DNA of 64,000 nt from Candidatus Komeilibacteria bacterium (GTDB taxonomy: Bacteria; Patescibacteriota; Patescibacteriia; UBA1558; UBA10009), in NCBI GenBank assembly GCA_030688315.1, contig JAUYIT010000037.1:3348-67347 (forward strand), read 5' to 3'. The position numbers were made by a program, and so were the translations under genes. Below the pieces are notes generated by a model. That model ran no database searches. It was not told the origin of the DNA and worked only from the letters and a program-made list of their open reading frames with translations. Shown here one piece after another: positions 48,830 through 58,404 of this stretch; within the stretch, counting starts at the first letter, position 1, and every line of letters starts with the position of its first letter.

Positions 48830-49402
48830 ATGATCAACAAAACATTTTTAGCTAAAATCAAAAAGGACTTGGAAACTTACCAGCAGGAACGCAATCAGAT
48901 TATTAACGCTTCGCGCGATATTTTGCAATCTTCAAAATCGGCGATTTTTGCCCTACACCGCGCAGACGCCAAAGAAGCGGCTAAATTATTAACCCAGGCC
49001 GAAGCGGTGATTGGTCGCCTGAACAAATCGTATAACAAAAACAACCGCCTCCGTTTTGAAGGCAGTTATAAAGCCAGTTTGGAAGAATACGTGGAAGCTA
49101 AAACGTTTTTTCAATTCATGCTCGGCAAGCCGCTGGATAAATTGCCCATCCAATCAATTGGGCCGGAAGAATATATTAACGGTATTACCGATCTGACCGG
49201 GGAGTTGGTCAGGCAGGCCGTGCTTAAAGCCACTAAGGGTCAGTATGAAGTTTTGGAAAGCTATCGGTCGTTCACCGAAGAGATTGTCGGTTTTATGCTG
49301 ACCTTGTATTTAACCGGTTCATGCCGTCAGAAATTTGATGACGCCAAGCGTAATTTAAAGCGCTTAGAGCAGATTATTTATGAAGTTAAGTTAAGAGGTT
49401 AA
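48830..49402 (+). CDS. Translin/Trax-family protein
   Basis: SKSAIFALHR, LEEYVEA, YINGITDLTGELVR, RQKFD. Confidence 0.85.
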   Translation: MINKTFLAKIKKDLETYQQERNQIINASRDILQSSKSAIFALHRADAKEAAKLLTQAEAVIGRLNKSYNKNNRLRFEGSYKASLEEYVEAKTFFQFMLGKPLDKLPIQSIGPEEYINGITDLTGELVRQAVLKATKGQYEVLESYRSFTEEIVGFMLTLYLTGSCRQKFDDAKRNLKRLEQIIYEVKLRG

Positions 49403-49520
49403 TAACCATTTATTTTAGTTAAAGCCGGGCTAAACCCGGCTTTTTAAGTTGACATTTTTTTGAAATTGCTTTATATATTTATTTACTCGTACTTCGCTGT
49501 TGCTAAATATAGGAGGAACT

Positions 49521-50303
49521 ATGAGCACAGCAGTAAAAACTAAGCATGAAGTCACAGTTAAAGGCCGAACGTCTCATCATGGCGGCGGTAAATTTCCAAC
49601 TGGCGATCAATGGGCTGAATTCCATAGACAGGTAGAGGCCGGGCTATGGCCTCCCGAAAGAATGGACGAGGCCTTGATCATGGCCAGTCATCCGCCGTCG
49701 TTTGATCGGGCGCGACATCTGCTGGTTGATGAATTTTTGCCGGCTGAAGAAATTATCGGCGCTTTGAGCATGCTTTATGCCAAATCCGGGCTTGAAGAGC
49801 TTTCGTCCGCCTTTCCCGGCAAGGTCGTGGTTGACCGCTGCAAAGAGAGCAACTTAATCTTGGTGGCTGGTCCGCCGGAAGATTTGACTCTAGCAGATAT
49901 TGCCCGAAAGTTTCCCAACTTTCTAAATTCGCAAGACATCGCAAAGATTGCGAACGAGAAATTTTTCGGGCAAGAAGTGGTCAGGAAAGGTTGGCTCGCC
50001 ATTGGCAGAGGGCCTTTATTTCAATCCACTTTTAAACCTTTGCGTGAGCAGATCAATCTGCTGGGCAGAGGTTGGCGCGTGCCTAATGTGCCCGAAATTG
50101 TCTGGGCAACCCTGGCCTACCTGAATCTTCGGGGTCGTCAATTGCTGTCTGGCCAACGTGTCCGGTCCTCATCAGTTAACGCCAAAGGTCAGTATATCTG
50201 CGTGGGACCAATTTCCACCGATCTCAAACTGGGAATTTCATCGGATTTTCCTAACGAAAAGGCGTACGGTTATCTGGGCTTGGCGTATGCCTTGAGGTTT
50301 TAA
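49521..50303 (+). CDS. Orphan protein with a C-type-lectin-like (DGR-target-like) C-terminus
   Basis: AGGAGG SD, own promoter and terminator (50312-50343); VPNVPEIVW...VRSSS...CVG...LGLA. Confidence 0.7.
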   Translation: MSTAVKTKHEVTVKGRTSHHGGGKFPTGDQWAEFHRQVEAGLWPPERMDEALIMASHPPSFDRARHLLVDEFLPAEEIIGALSMLYAKSGLEELSSAFPGKVVVDRCKESNLILVAGPPEDLTLADIARKFPNFLNSQDIAKIANEKFFGQEVVRKGWLAIGRGPLFQSTFKPLREQINLLGRGWRVPNVPEIVWATLAYLNLRGRQLLSGQRVRSSSVNAKGQYICVGPISTDLKLGISSDFPNEKAYGYLGLAYALRF

Positions 50304-50374
50304 CAAACCTTTCCCGCCGGTTAATACTGGCGGGATTTTTTTTATTTAATTTTTGTGTTAAAATATGTACTCAT

Positions 50375-52465
50375 ATGACCAAGACCTTTGTTTTACAAAA
50401 TGACGTTCCGGCTAAGGATTTTAAGGTTAATTACCAAAAAGAGCTGAATGATGAGCAGTTTAGAGCCGTAACCGAGGGCGAGGGCCCTTGTTTGGTTTTG
50501 GCCGGTGCCGGATCGGGCAAAACCCGGACGATTGTGTATCGCGTGGCCTATCTGATTGAACGCGGCGTTAACCCGGAAAATATTTTGTTAGTCACTTTTA
50601 CCAACAAGGCGGCTCATCAAATGCTGACCCGCGTGGAAGAGCTGTTGGGTTATTTTCCCAGCGGATTGTGGGGCGGCACGTTTCATCATATTGGCAACCG
50701 GATTTTACGCAAGTACGCTAAAGTTCTGGGCTTTGAATCAAACTTCACAATCTTAGACGAAGAAGATGCTAAGTCGCTTTTAAAAGTTTGTTTAAGGGAA
50801 GAAGATATTGATACCAAGTCCAAGCGGTTTCCTTCGCCGGCCGTGTTAAAGGAGCTGATCAGTTTTGGCAAAAATTCAGAAATAGCCTTGGAAGAAGTGA
50901 TTGATACGCGCCATCCCAAGTGGTTAAAAATCAGCGATACCATTGTTAAAATCGCCCGCCGGTACGAAGAAAAAAAGAGCTTGACCAACAGTATGGATTT
51001 TGATGATTTACTACTTAACTGGCTTAAATTGTTAAAACAGTTTCCGGAAACGCGGGATCGGTTAGGCGCCCAGTTTCAATATATTTTGGTTGATGAATAT
51101 CAAGATACCAATTATTTGCAGGCCGAAATAATCAAGGAGCTGGCCCAGGTTCATCATAATGTTTTAGTGGTGGGCGATGACGCGCAAAGCATTTATTCTT
51201 TCCGCGCGGCCGATATCGGCAACATTTTGAATTTCCCTAAAGTGTTTGAAGGGGCTAAGATTTTTAAATTGGAAAATAATTACCGCAGCTCGCCGGAAAT
51301 ATTGGACGTGGCTAACAGTGTGATTGAAAACAACCGCAATCAGTTTGCCAAAACCTTGCGGCCCATGTTGCCCGCCGCCGTTAAACCCAATTTGATTCCG
51401 GCTAACTCCGCCGCCCAAGAGGCCCAATTTATCGTGGCGCAAATTTTACAGTTAAAAACCGGCGGTTTGCCTTTAAATAAGATCGCCGTGTTATTCAGGG
51501 CCGCCTATCATTCCCAGGAATTGGAATTTGCCCTCACCAAACAGGATATTTTATACGAATACCGGGGCGGCGTGCGGTTTTTTGAACGCGCCCAAGTTAA
51601 AGACGCGCTGGCCTTTTTAAAAGTGATTAATAACCCGGCTGACGAAGTGGCCTGGTTAAGGATTTTAAATTTGCAGGCGGGCGTGGGCGAGGCTACGGCC
51701 AGCAAGATTTATCAGGTGGTTAAGGGTTATACCGATATTAAAGAAATTATCGCTTCTAATTTAGGGTCGGCGTTGGGCGCTAAAGCCGGCACGGGTTGGC
51801 AGGGCTTGATTGGTATTTTAAAAAAAGCCGTGAGCTCCCAAACCGGGCCGTTTGGTATTGCTGAAATGGTGCGGGCGCTGGCTAAATCCGATTATCGTAA
51901 TTATTTGGAAGCCGAGTACCCTAACTGGCAGGATCGTTTGGATGATTTGGAACAGCTGGCGGTTTTTTCCGAGCGCTACGAAGACCTGACGGTTTTTTTA
52001 TCGGAAATGAGTTTGCAGGAAAGTTTTGCTTTGGGTCAGGAGCGGCCTTCGGGGCATGATGATAACAGGATAGTTTTATCCACGATTCATCAGGCCAAGG
52101 GTTTGGAATGGCAAGCGGTATTTGTGATTAATTTAGTGGACACGGCTTTTCCCAACCAGCGGGCCATGAGTGAAGAGGGCGGTTTGGAAGAAGAGCGCCG
52201 GTTGTTTTACGTGGCCATTACCCGCGCCCAAAAACATTTGTATTTATCCTATCCGTTAATGGGCGGTTACAATTCGTTTAACTTAAATACGCCCTCCAAG
52301 TTTATAACGGAGATTGAAGAAGGGTTGTTGGAAGAAGTTAAATTGCTGGAAAAATTTCGTTCAAGCGGCTTTGCTTTGCCCAGTAATGGCGGTCAGAATA
52401 TTTGGCAGAGGAAGGATTTGAATGATGGTAATGTTAGTTATTTGCCGGATTTGGATTCTTTATAA
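50375..52465 (+). CDS. uvrD: UvrD/PcrA-family SF1 helicase
   Basis: LAGAGSGKT, VDEYQD, VGDDAQSIY, NYRS, TIHQAKGLEW, EERRLFYVAITRA. Confidence 0.93.
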   Translation: MTKTFVLQNDVPAKDFKVNYQKELNDEQFRAVTEGEGPCLVLAGAGSGKTRTIVYRVAYLIERGVNPENILLVTFTNKAAHQMLTRVEELLGYFPSGLWGGTFHHIGNRILRKYAKVLGFESNFTILDEEDAKSLLKVCLREEDIDTKSKRFPSPAVLKELISFGKNSEIALEEVIDTRHPKWLKISDTIVKIARRYEEKKSLTNSMDFDDLLLNWLKLLKQFPETRDRLGAQFQYILVDEYQDTNYLQAEIIKELAQVHHNVLVVGDDAQSIYSFRAADIGNILNFPKVFEGAKIFKLENNYRSSPEILDVANSVIENNRNQFAKTLRPMLPAAVKPNLIPANSAAQEAQFIVAQILQLKTGGLPLNKIAVLFRAAYHSQELEFALTKQDILYEYRGGVRFFERAQVKDALAFLKVINNPADEVAWLRILNLQAGVGEATASKIYQVVKGYTDIKEIIASNLGSALGAKAGTGWQGLIGILKKAVSSQTGPFGIAEMVRALAKSDYRNYLEAEYPNWQDRLDDLEQLAVFSERYEDLTVFLSEMSLQESFALGQERPSGHDDNRIVLSTIHQAKGLEWQAVFVINLVDTAFPNQRAMSEEGGLEEERRLFYVAITRAQKHLYLSYPLMGGYNSFNLNTPSKFITEIEEGLLEEVKLLEKFRSSGFALPSNGGQNIWQRKDLNDGNVSYLPDLDSL

Positions 52466-52524
52466 GCGACGTAGAGCGAGGAAATATGAAAATAAATTTT
52501 CATATTTCCGAGCCGAGGAGCTTA
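52463..52524. repeat. Palindrome with perfect 14-bp arms and GA/GA mismatched flanks
   Basis: gc-ga-ggaaatatgaaaat-aa-attttcatatttcc-ga-gc. Confidence 0.75.
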
Positions 52525-52537
52525 TATGTAATCATAT

Positions 52538-52957
52538 AAAAAAAGCGGCCAGAGCGCTTGATGCAGTGCATGTAGCAAAGCAATAGCGTTCTGACCTAGA
52601 TTTTCTCCCTGTGATGGAGTTCTTGTTTCCGAGCGATTTCTCGCTACTCTGGGCTTCAAATCCTCCAAACATCGAATCTATCTGATTGCACCGCGGGCTC
52701 TAAAGCCAAAACCTGATAATCAGGACATTCATAGGCGATGTGCTTCCTTTCAGTTTAGACCGAGCGATTCAATCAAGCCACTGGTCAGTTGACTCAGCGG
52801 ATAGTTGAGGCGCGGATCCGGCGGACTTCATTGATCATTGATCGAGGTTGGCGTGGCTCCTGGAGCCTCGGGGCGGTGAGGTCATAATGATCTCTCCCTT
52901 GATTCAGTTTGTCAGCATAGGGCTGACGCCTTTTAGGTAACCCCCTTCGTGCGTATT
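52538..52957 (-). other. Promoter/terminator-bounded ~420-nt unit with no long ORF (ncRNA or decayed gene)
   Basis: TTGACA(52987-52992)-17-TAAAGT(52964-52969); terminator ggtcagaacgct...agcgctctggcc + T-tract (52538-52596). Confidence 0.5.
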
Positions 52958-53061
52958 ATGATAACTTTAGCCAAATAATAGGAAAGTGTCAAAGGGAGGG
53001 TGTGGAAAAATATTCGGATTTAAGGTAAAATAGTAAGGCATTTTTGTAACATTCTTAAAAT

Positions 53062-53421
53062 ATGAAAATTAACGCCACAGTCATTGAAGGTAAGGGGGAG
53101 GGCCGCCAGCTGGGCTTTCCTACAGCCAATATTAAAACTTCCATCGCTTTGCTATACAGCCCTGGCGTATATTTAGGCGAAACGTTTTATAATACCAAAC
53201 AATATCACTCTTTGGTGGTGATTGGTTTAGTGGATGGGCTGGAAGTTTGGTTGGCGGATTTTAACGGCGATTTGTACGGCCAGCAAATTAAAGTGGAGAT
53301 CAAGGAAAAGTTAAGCGAGGTGTTAAAAATCGGCGATCGCGAGCAATTAGTCGCCAAGATTCAACAAGATATTAAACAAGCTCAAGCCATATGGACGATG
53401 GCTCGACCAAGCTCGCCATAG
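53062..53421 (+). CDS. Stand-alone riboflavin kinase domain
   Basis: GRQLGFPTANI, GVY, DFNGDLYG, LVAKIQQD; no FAD synthetase domain. Confidence 0.88.
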   Translation: MKINATVIEGKGEGRQLGFPTANIKTSIALLYSPGVYLGETFYNTKQYHSLVVIGLVDGLEVWLADFNGDLYGQQIKVEIKEKLSEVLKIGDREQLVAKIQQDIKQAQAIWTMARPSSP

Positions 53422-53450
53422 TCAGCTCAATACGTTAAGAAATAAAAATT

Positions 53451-54227
53451 ATGAATGATAAATTGGTTCTTGATTTGGAAACCAAAAAAAGTTTTGAAGA
53501 CGTGGGCGGATATCAAAACACCCATTTGCTTGAAGTTTCGGTCTGCGGCGTGTATTCATATAACCGCGACGAGTTCAGAGCATTTAAAGAAGATGAGTTT
53601 AAGGAAATGGGGGAATGGCTTAAGCAGGCCTCGTTAATCATCGGCTTTAATTCCAAAAGTTTTGATTTTACCGCTTTACAGCCGTATTACAAATTCAATT
53701 TAAGTAAACTGCCGCATTTGGATATTTTGGAAGAAGTGAACCGCGCCCTTGGCCACAGGTTAAAACTGGATTCCATCGCGCAAAGCACTTTGGGCGAAGG
53801 CAAATCCGGTTCCGGTCTTGATGCCATTTGGTATTTTAGAAACAACGATTGGGATAAGCTGATCAAATACTGTTTGGACGACGTACGAATTACCCGCGAT
53901 GTTTATGAATACGGCAAAAAGCACGGCAACCTGTGGTACGATACCATGGGCAAAAAGGAAAAAATTCCCGTGCGTTGGGGCGATGGCGAAAACGTGGCCA
54001 GTAAAATTACCAACGCTTTAAAAAACGGCGAGCAGGTGGAAATTGAATATTTAAAAACCGATCTGGAAGAGCGCGGTAAAAGGCGGATTGATATTAAATC
54101 CATCAAAGGCAACCAATTGCAGGCCTATTGCCACTTAAAGCAGGCGATTCGGGTTTTTAATCTGGATAAGGTGATTGATGTGCAGGTGGTGGGCCGGCAA
54201 AACCATTGGCAGACAAAACTCTTTTAG
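53451..54227 (+). CDS. DEDD/RNase H-like exonuclease fused to a C-terminal WYL domain
   Basis: LDLET, IGFNSKSFD, YCLDDV; C-terminal VEIEY...RRID...AYCHLKQAIRVFNLDKV. Confidence 0.8.
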   Translation: MNDKLVLDLETKKSFEDVGGYQNTHLLEVSVCGVYSYNRDEFRAFKEDEFKEMGEWLKQASLIIGFNSKSFDFTALQPYYKFNLSKLPHLDILEEVNRALGHRLKLDSIAQSTLGEGKSGSGLDAIWYFRNNDWDKLIKYCLDDVRITRDVYEYGKKHGNLWYDTMGKKEKIPVRWGDGENVASKITNALKNGEQVEIEYLKTDLEERGKRRIDIKSIKGNQLQAYCHLKQAIRVFNLDKVIDVQVVGRQNHWQTKLF

Positions 54228-54267
54228 GACACTGATTTCACGGATTTTTTATTTAAATTACACTGAT

Positions 54268-54660
54268 ATGAAAAAAATCTTAATTATTTCATTGGTGTTA
54301 TTTTTGACGGGCTGTACTGTGGAAAGGCCGCGGCCGCCATTGGATTTATCTAAAATAAATTGGGAGCTGGAGGCCTTTTTAGCCCAGCAGGAGGCGGCTG
54401 TGGTTTACCAAGCGGCCGCCACTGCCAGCCAGAATTTTGTCGATGGCCCATGTTTGAGCGAGTCCTTATTTGGCAATTCGGAGTATCCGGAAACCCTGTG
54501 GGTGTTGGACATTGCCCACAACCCTCGGACGGAAGTTGATAATCAACCGGCTAATCAATGTTCGGCTTCTCGTGATGGTAAAGCCCAGAATTACATTGAA
54601 CTGGATGAGCAAGGGCAGATTATAAAAGTTTATTCGCCATTTTTACAGGAGGCCGATTAA
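54268..54660 (+). CDS. Putative lipoprotein
   Basis: Lipobox MKKILIISLVLFLTG-C. Confidence 0.8.
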   Translation: MKKILIISLVLFLTGCTVERPRPPLDLSKINWELEAFLAQQEAAVVYQAAATASQNFVDGPCLSESLFGNSEYPETLWVLDIAHNPRTEVDNQPANQCSASRDGKAQNYIELDEQGQIIKVYSPFLQEAD

Positions 54661-54663
54661 GTT

Positions 54664-54975
54664 ATGATTTTGATTTACGTTAGTTGTAAAAATAAAACCG
54701 AGGCCAAAAAAATCGCCGGTGTTTTGTTAAAACTCAAGCTGATTGCCTGCGCCAACTGGTGGCCAACCGAGTCCATTTACCGTTGGAAAAATAAGATCGT
54801 CAACACCCATGAAACGGCCATGTATTTAAAAACCAGAAAGGAAAATTATCAAAAAGTCGAGGCCGTTGTTAAAAAACTTCATTCCTATCAAACACCCTGT
54901 ATTTTTGAGATAGATGTTGATAAAGTCAACCTTAAATTTAAGGCCTGGGTGCGGCAGGAAACCAGATTGATCTAA
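54664..54975 (+). CDS. cutA: Divalent-cation tolerance protein CutA
   Basis: LIACAN, SIYRW, LHSYQTPCI. Confidence 0.93.
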   Translation: MILIYVSCKNKTEAKKIAGVLLKLKLIACANWWPTESIYRWKNKIVNTHETAMYLKTRKENYQKVEAVVKKLHSYQTPCIFEIDVDKVNLKFKAWVRQETRLI

Positions 54976-55021
54976 AAAAAATCTCGAACCAAGGTTCGAG
55001 AAGTGCCGTTAAGAGGGTTGG

Positions 55022-55411
55022 TCACGCTTTTTCCCACGTGATTTCGTGGATTAACGCTCCCGACAAAACTAGTAGAATTGACTTAGCGGTGAGAGGCGAA
55101 AAATCACGGCTTGTTTCGTAATTGATGTAACCGTATTGATTTACGGTTACAATCCTAAGGCCATTATCCTTACCAAAGATGGCAAAAACTAATTGTTTTT
55201 CTGGATTTATGCCCAAAAACATCGCTTTGTGAACCAAAGGGCACTCCAGCTCAAAACCATCATTAGGATTATCCTCCAAATTTTTAGAGTAAACGATTAA
55301 CCCACTTAATTCCTCAAGGCGCTTAAACAAGAAGCCAAACACTTGTTTAAAATTGACATCGACTATGTCATAGTCCTTGCCATTCCCGTTTTTGACCGGA
55401 ACTGTATTCAT
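55022..55411 (-). CDS. Hypothetical protein (orphan unit)
   Basis: GGAGG SD; TTGCAA-16-TAGAAT promoter (55446-55473). Confidence 0.65.
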   Translation of the reverse strand: MNTVPVKNGNGKDYDIVDVNFKQVFGFLFKRLEELSGLIVYSKNLEDNPNDGFELECPLVHKAMFLGINPEKQLVFAIFGKDNGLRIVTVNQYGYINYETSRDFSPLTAKSILLVLSGALIHEITWEKA

Positions 55412-55480
55412 TTTTTCCTCCAGTAAAATGTTGCGGAACTGATTTATTCTAGCAGAATCAAATTTTTTTGCAAATAATCA

Positions 55481-55631
55481 AAAAGGCCTTGCTTTATTAC
55501 CGTCATTCTGGAGCCCCCGAAGGGGCGCGGCAATCCCGTTGTACTTGGTATAACATCGGGATTGCGGAGCCTGTCCCGAGCGTAGCGAGGGATCCCGCTC
55601 CTCGCAATGACCGTTAAAGGCAAGGCCTTTT
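55481..55631. repeat. Nested palindromic repeat copy R5
   Basis: aaaaggccttgc...gtcattctggag...tggtataaca...ctcgcaatgac...gcaaggcctttt. Confidence 0.93.
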
Positions 55632-55641
55632 TAGGTTTCAA

Positions 55642-56937
55642 TTAAACGTATTTCAGATCGGGGTACAGCGGATATTTGGAGGTCATTTCCAGAACCGCTT
55701 TTTTAATTTCATCTTTGACTGTTTCGTTTTTGGTATTTTTGAGGGTTTTGGCGATCAACTGACCGATCATGGTCATTTCATCTTCCTTAAATCCTCTCGT
55801 GGTTAAGGCCGGAGTTCCTAGTCGCACACCGGAAGGATCAAAAGGTTTTCGCTTATCAAACGGAATGGTGTTTTTGTTAGCCGTAATGCCGATTTCTTCC
55901 AAAGCCAGTTCGGCTTCTTTACCGCCAATACCTAAGTTGGTTAAATCAATAATCATTAAATGATTATCAGTACCTCCGGTAGCTAAATTCAAACCCTCGT
56001 TCATTAAGGAAGCGGCTAAGGCCTTAGAGTTGTTCAAAATCTGTTGAGCGTAAATTTTAAAGTCCGGCTGTAGAGCTTCTCCCAAAGCCACGGCAATGGC
56101 CATGGTGGTGTGGTTATGCGGGCCACCCTGCAAACCGGGGAAAATGGCGCGGTCAATCAAAGTTGGTAAGTTTTCTCTCATCGGCTCGTCTTCGGTTAAT
56201 GGTTTTAAGGGATGAGAAGTTTTGCCGTTGCACATAATCATGGCGCCGCGCGGGCCTCGTAATGATTTATGAGTCGTAGTGGTGATAATATCCGCGTGTC
56301 CGACAGGTGTAGGAATCACCCGCGCGGCCATTAAACCGCATTCATGGGCAATGTCGGCGATAAAGTAACCGTCAACGCTATGCACAATTTCCGCAATCCT
56401 TTTGTAATCAAACAAGCGGGGATAGGCCGTGGCACCGCAGAATAAAACCCTAGGCCTTTCCTGCTTAACCAGTTTTTCCAATTCATCATAATCCAAAATA
56501 CCATCAGGACCGGTTTGGTATTGCACGGCGTTATAATACACGCCGGAAAAATTAACCTTCCAACCGTGGGTCAAGTGGCCGCCAAACAATAAACTCATGC
56601 CCATTACTTTGTCGCCGGGTTTGCAAACGGAAAAAATGGCTGCTTGGTTGGCCGGAGAGCCGGAGTAGGGCTGAACGTTGGCGTGATCCACGCCAAACAG
56701 CTGTTTGGCCCGGTCGCGGGCTAGGTTTTCAATCTGATCAATATATTGATTGCCGCCGTAATATCTTTGGCCAGGGTAACCCTCGGAGTATTTGTTGGTG
56801 CCTACGCCGCCCAGGGCTTCTAAAACCGCCTCGGAAACAAAGTTTTCCGATGGGATCATTTCCAGGGTGGTGCGCTGGCGTTCCAGCTCGGATTGGTAAA
56901 ATTTGGCCAGTTCAGGGTCTTGTTGAAAAATTTTCAT
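55642..56937 (-). CDS. glyA: Serine hydroxymethyltransferase
   Basis: IPSENF, NKYSEGYPG, NVQPYSGS, TTTHKSLRGPRG, SGVRLGT. Confidence 0.99.
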   Translation of the reverse strand: MKIFQQDPELAKFYQSELERQRTTLEMIPSENFVSEAVLEALGGVGTNKYSEGYPGQRYYGGNQYIDQIENLARDRAKQLFGVDHANVQPYSGSPANQAAIFSVCKPGDKVMGMSLLFGGHLTHGWKVNFSGVYYNAVQYQTGPDGILDYDELEKLVKQERPRVLFCGATAYPRLFDYKRIAEIVHSVDGYFIADIAHECGLMAARVIPTPVGHADIITTTTHKSLRGPRGAMIMCNGKTSHPLKPLTEDEPMRENLPTLIDRAIFPGLQGGPHNHTTMAIAVALGEALQPDFKIYAQQILNNSKALAASLMNEGLNLATGGTDNHLMIIDLTNLGIGGKEAELALEEIGITANKNTIPFDKRKPFDPSGVRLGTPALTTRGFKEDEMTMIGQLIAKTLKNTKNETVKDEIKKAVLEMTSKYPLYPDLKYV

Positions 56938-57034
56938 GAATTTCAAAATAAATAATTATGCTGCTATTTTAACATATTTTGCAGTTTAGGCAAGGTTGAT
57001 TATTTTCCAGAAATTAGCTAGTATGTTAAGTAAT

Positions 57035-58402
57035 ATGTCGTTAAATCCGTCAATTTTTAAGGCCTACGATATCAGGGGGATTTACCCCACTGAAATCAAT
57101 GAAGAAGCCGCCGGTCAAATTGCTCAGGCGTATTTAAGCGTGCTGACGGAAAAAACCGGCAAGGCCATTAAGGATTTTAAAATCGTGGTGGCCACCGATA
57201 ATCGTTTAGGTTCGGCTAAAATTATTAAAGCCGCCATGGCGATTTTTTTGGAATACGGAGTAGGGGTGACCGATATCGGTCTGGTTTCCATCAACGATTA
57301 CTATTTTGCCGCGGGCAATTATGATTTTGACGCCGGCATCATGGCCACTGCTTCGCATAACCCCGCCGAATACAGCGGTTTTAAACTGGCTATTAAAAAC
57401 AACGGCGGCGTGGAATTTTTGAGCGGTGTGGCTTTGTATCAGCAGATGCAAAAAATGACTTTTCCGCTTGCGGCTGAAAAAGTTCAGGGCCAACTTAAAA
57501 CTCAAGACGTCAGCGATGATCATTTAAAGCACATTTTTTCATTTGTTGATTTGGAAAAAATCAAACCGTTTAAAATTGTGGTTGATAGCGGCAACGGCAT
57601 GAACGGTTTAATGACGCCAAAAATATTTTCCCTATTGCCCGGCCAATTGATTCATCTTTTTCCCGAACTGGACGGCAATTTTCCTAACCGCGCTCCTAAT
57701 CCATTACAGCCGGGCGCGGCTGAAAAAATCCAAGCCAAAATATTGTCGGCCAAAGCCGATTTGGGCGTGATGTTTGATGTGGACGGCGATCGGATTTTTT
57801 TGCTGGATGAACTGGGTAATTTAATTAAAGGCGATATGACTTTATTGCTACTCGCCAAGCCGATGCTTAAAAAGTTTCCGGGCGCAGGCATTGCCTATAA
57901 TTTGATTTGCTCGCACGCGGTTAAAGATTTGGTAAGCAAATGGGGCGGGCGGCCGTTACGGAGCGAAGTCGGTTACATGAATTTGGCTCGGCATATCCGC
58001 GAACAAGGCGGAGTAATGAGCGGCGAAGTTTCCGGCCATTACGCGTTTAAGGATAATTTTAACGCCGACAATGCTTTTATCGCTTTATTGCTAGCTTTGC
58101 AAACCATTTCCGAAGATGGCCGGCCCTTATCCGCGATTATCAAAGATTATCAGTTATACGCTAGAGGGGATGAATTGAATTTTAAAGTTGATGATATTAC
58201 GGCTAAGCTGGATAAAATCCGCCGGCATTATCAAAAAAATATTTTGGATGAAATTGACGGCCTTACGGTTGAATTTGGCGACTGGTGGTTTAACGTTCGG
58301 CCTTCCAACACCGAACCGTTATTAAGGATAACTGTTGAAGCAAAGAATGAAGAAGAATTGAAGAAGAGGCAGGAAGAGGTTTTAAATGTAATAAACAGCT
58401 AA
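57035..58402 (+). CDS. Phosphomannomutase/phosphoglucomutase
   Basis: FKAYDIRG, TASHNP, DVDGDR, GEVSGH, RPSNTEP. Confidence 0.95.
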   Translation: MSLNPSIFKAYDIRGIYPTEINEEAAGQIAQAYLSVLTEKTGKAIKDFKIVVATDNRLGSAKIIKAAMAIFLEYGVGVTDIGLVSINDYYFAAGNYDFDAGIMATASHNPAEYSGFKLAIKNNGGVEFLSGVALYQQMQKMTFPLAAEKVQGQLKTQDVSDDHLKHIFSFVDLEKIKPFKIVVDSGNGMNGLMTPKIFSLLPGQLIHLFPELDGNFPNRAPNPLQPGAAEKIQAKILSAKADLGVMFDVDGDRIFLLDELGNLIKGDMTLLLLAKPMLKKFPGAGIAYNLICSHAVKDLVSKWGGRPLRSEVGYMNLARHIREQGGVMSGEVSGHYAFKDNFNADNAFIALLLALQTISEDGRPLSAIIKDYQLYARGDELNFKVDDITAKLDKIRRHYQKNILDEIDGLTVEFGDWWFNVRPSNTEPLLRITVEAKNEEELKKRQEEVLNVINS

Positions 58403-58404
58403 CC

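Noticed and set aside
52538-52957. tmRNA or RNase P RNA
   Set aside because: No tRNA-like ends with CCA, and no GAGGAAAGTCC P4 motif
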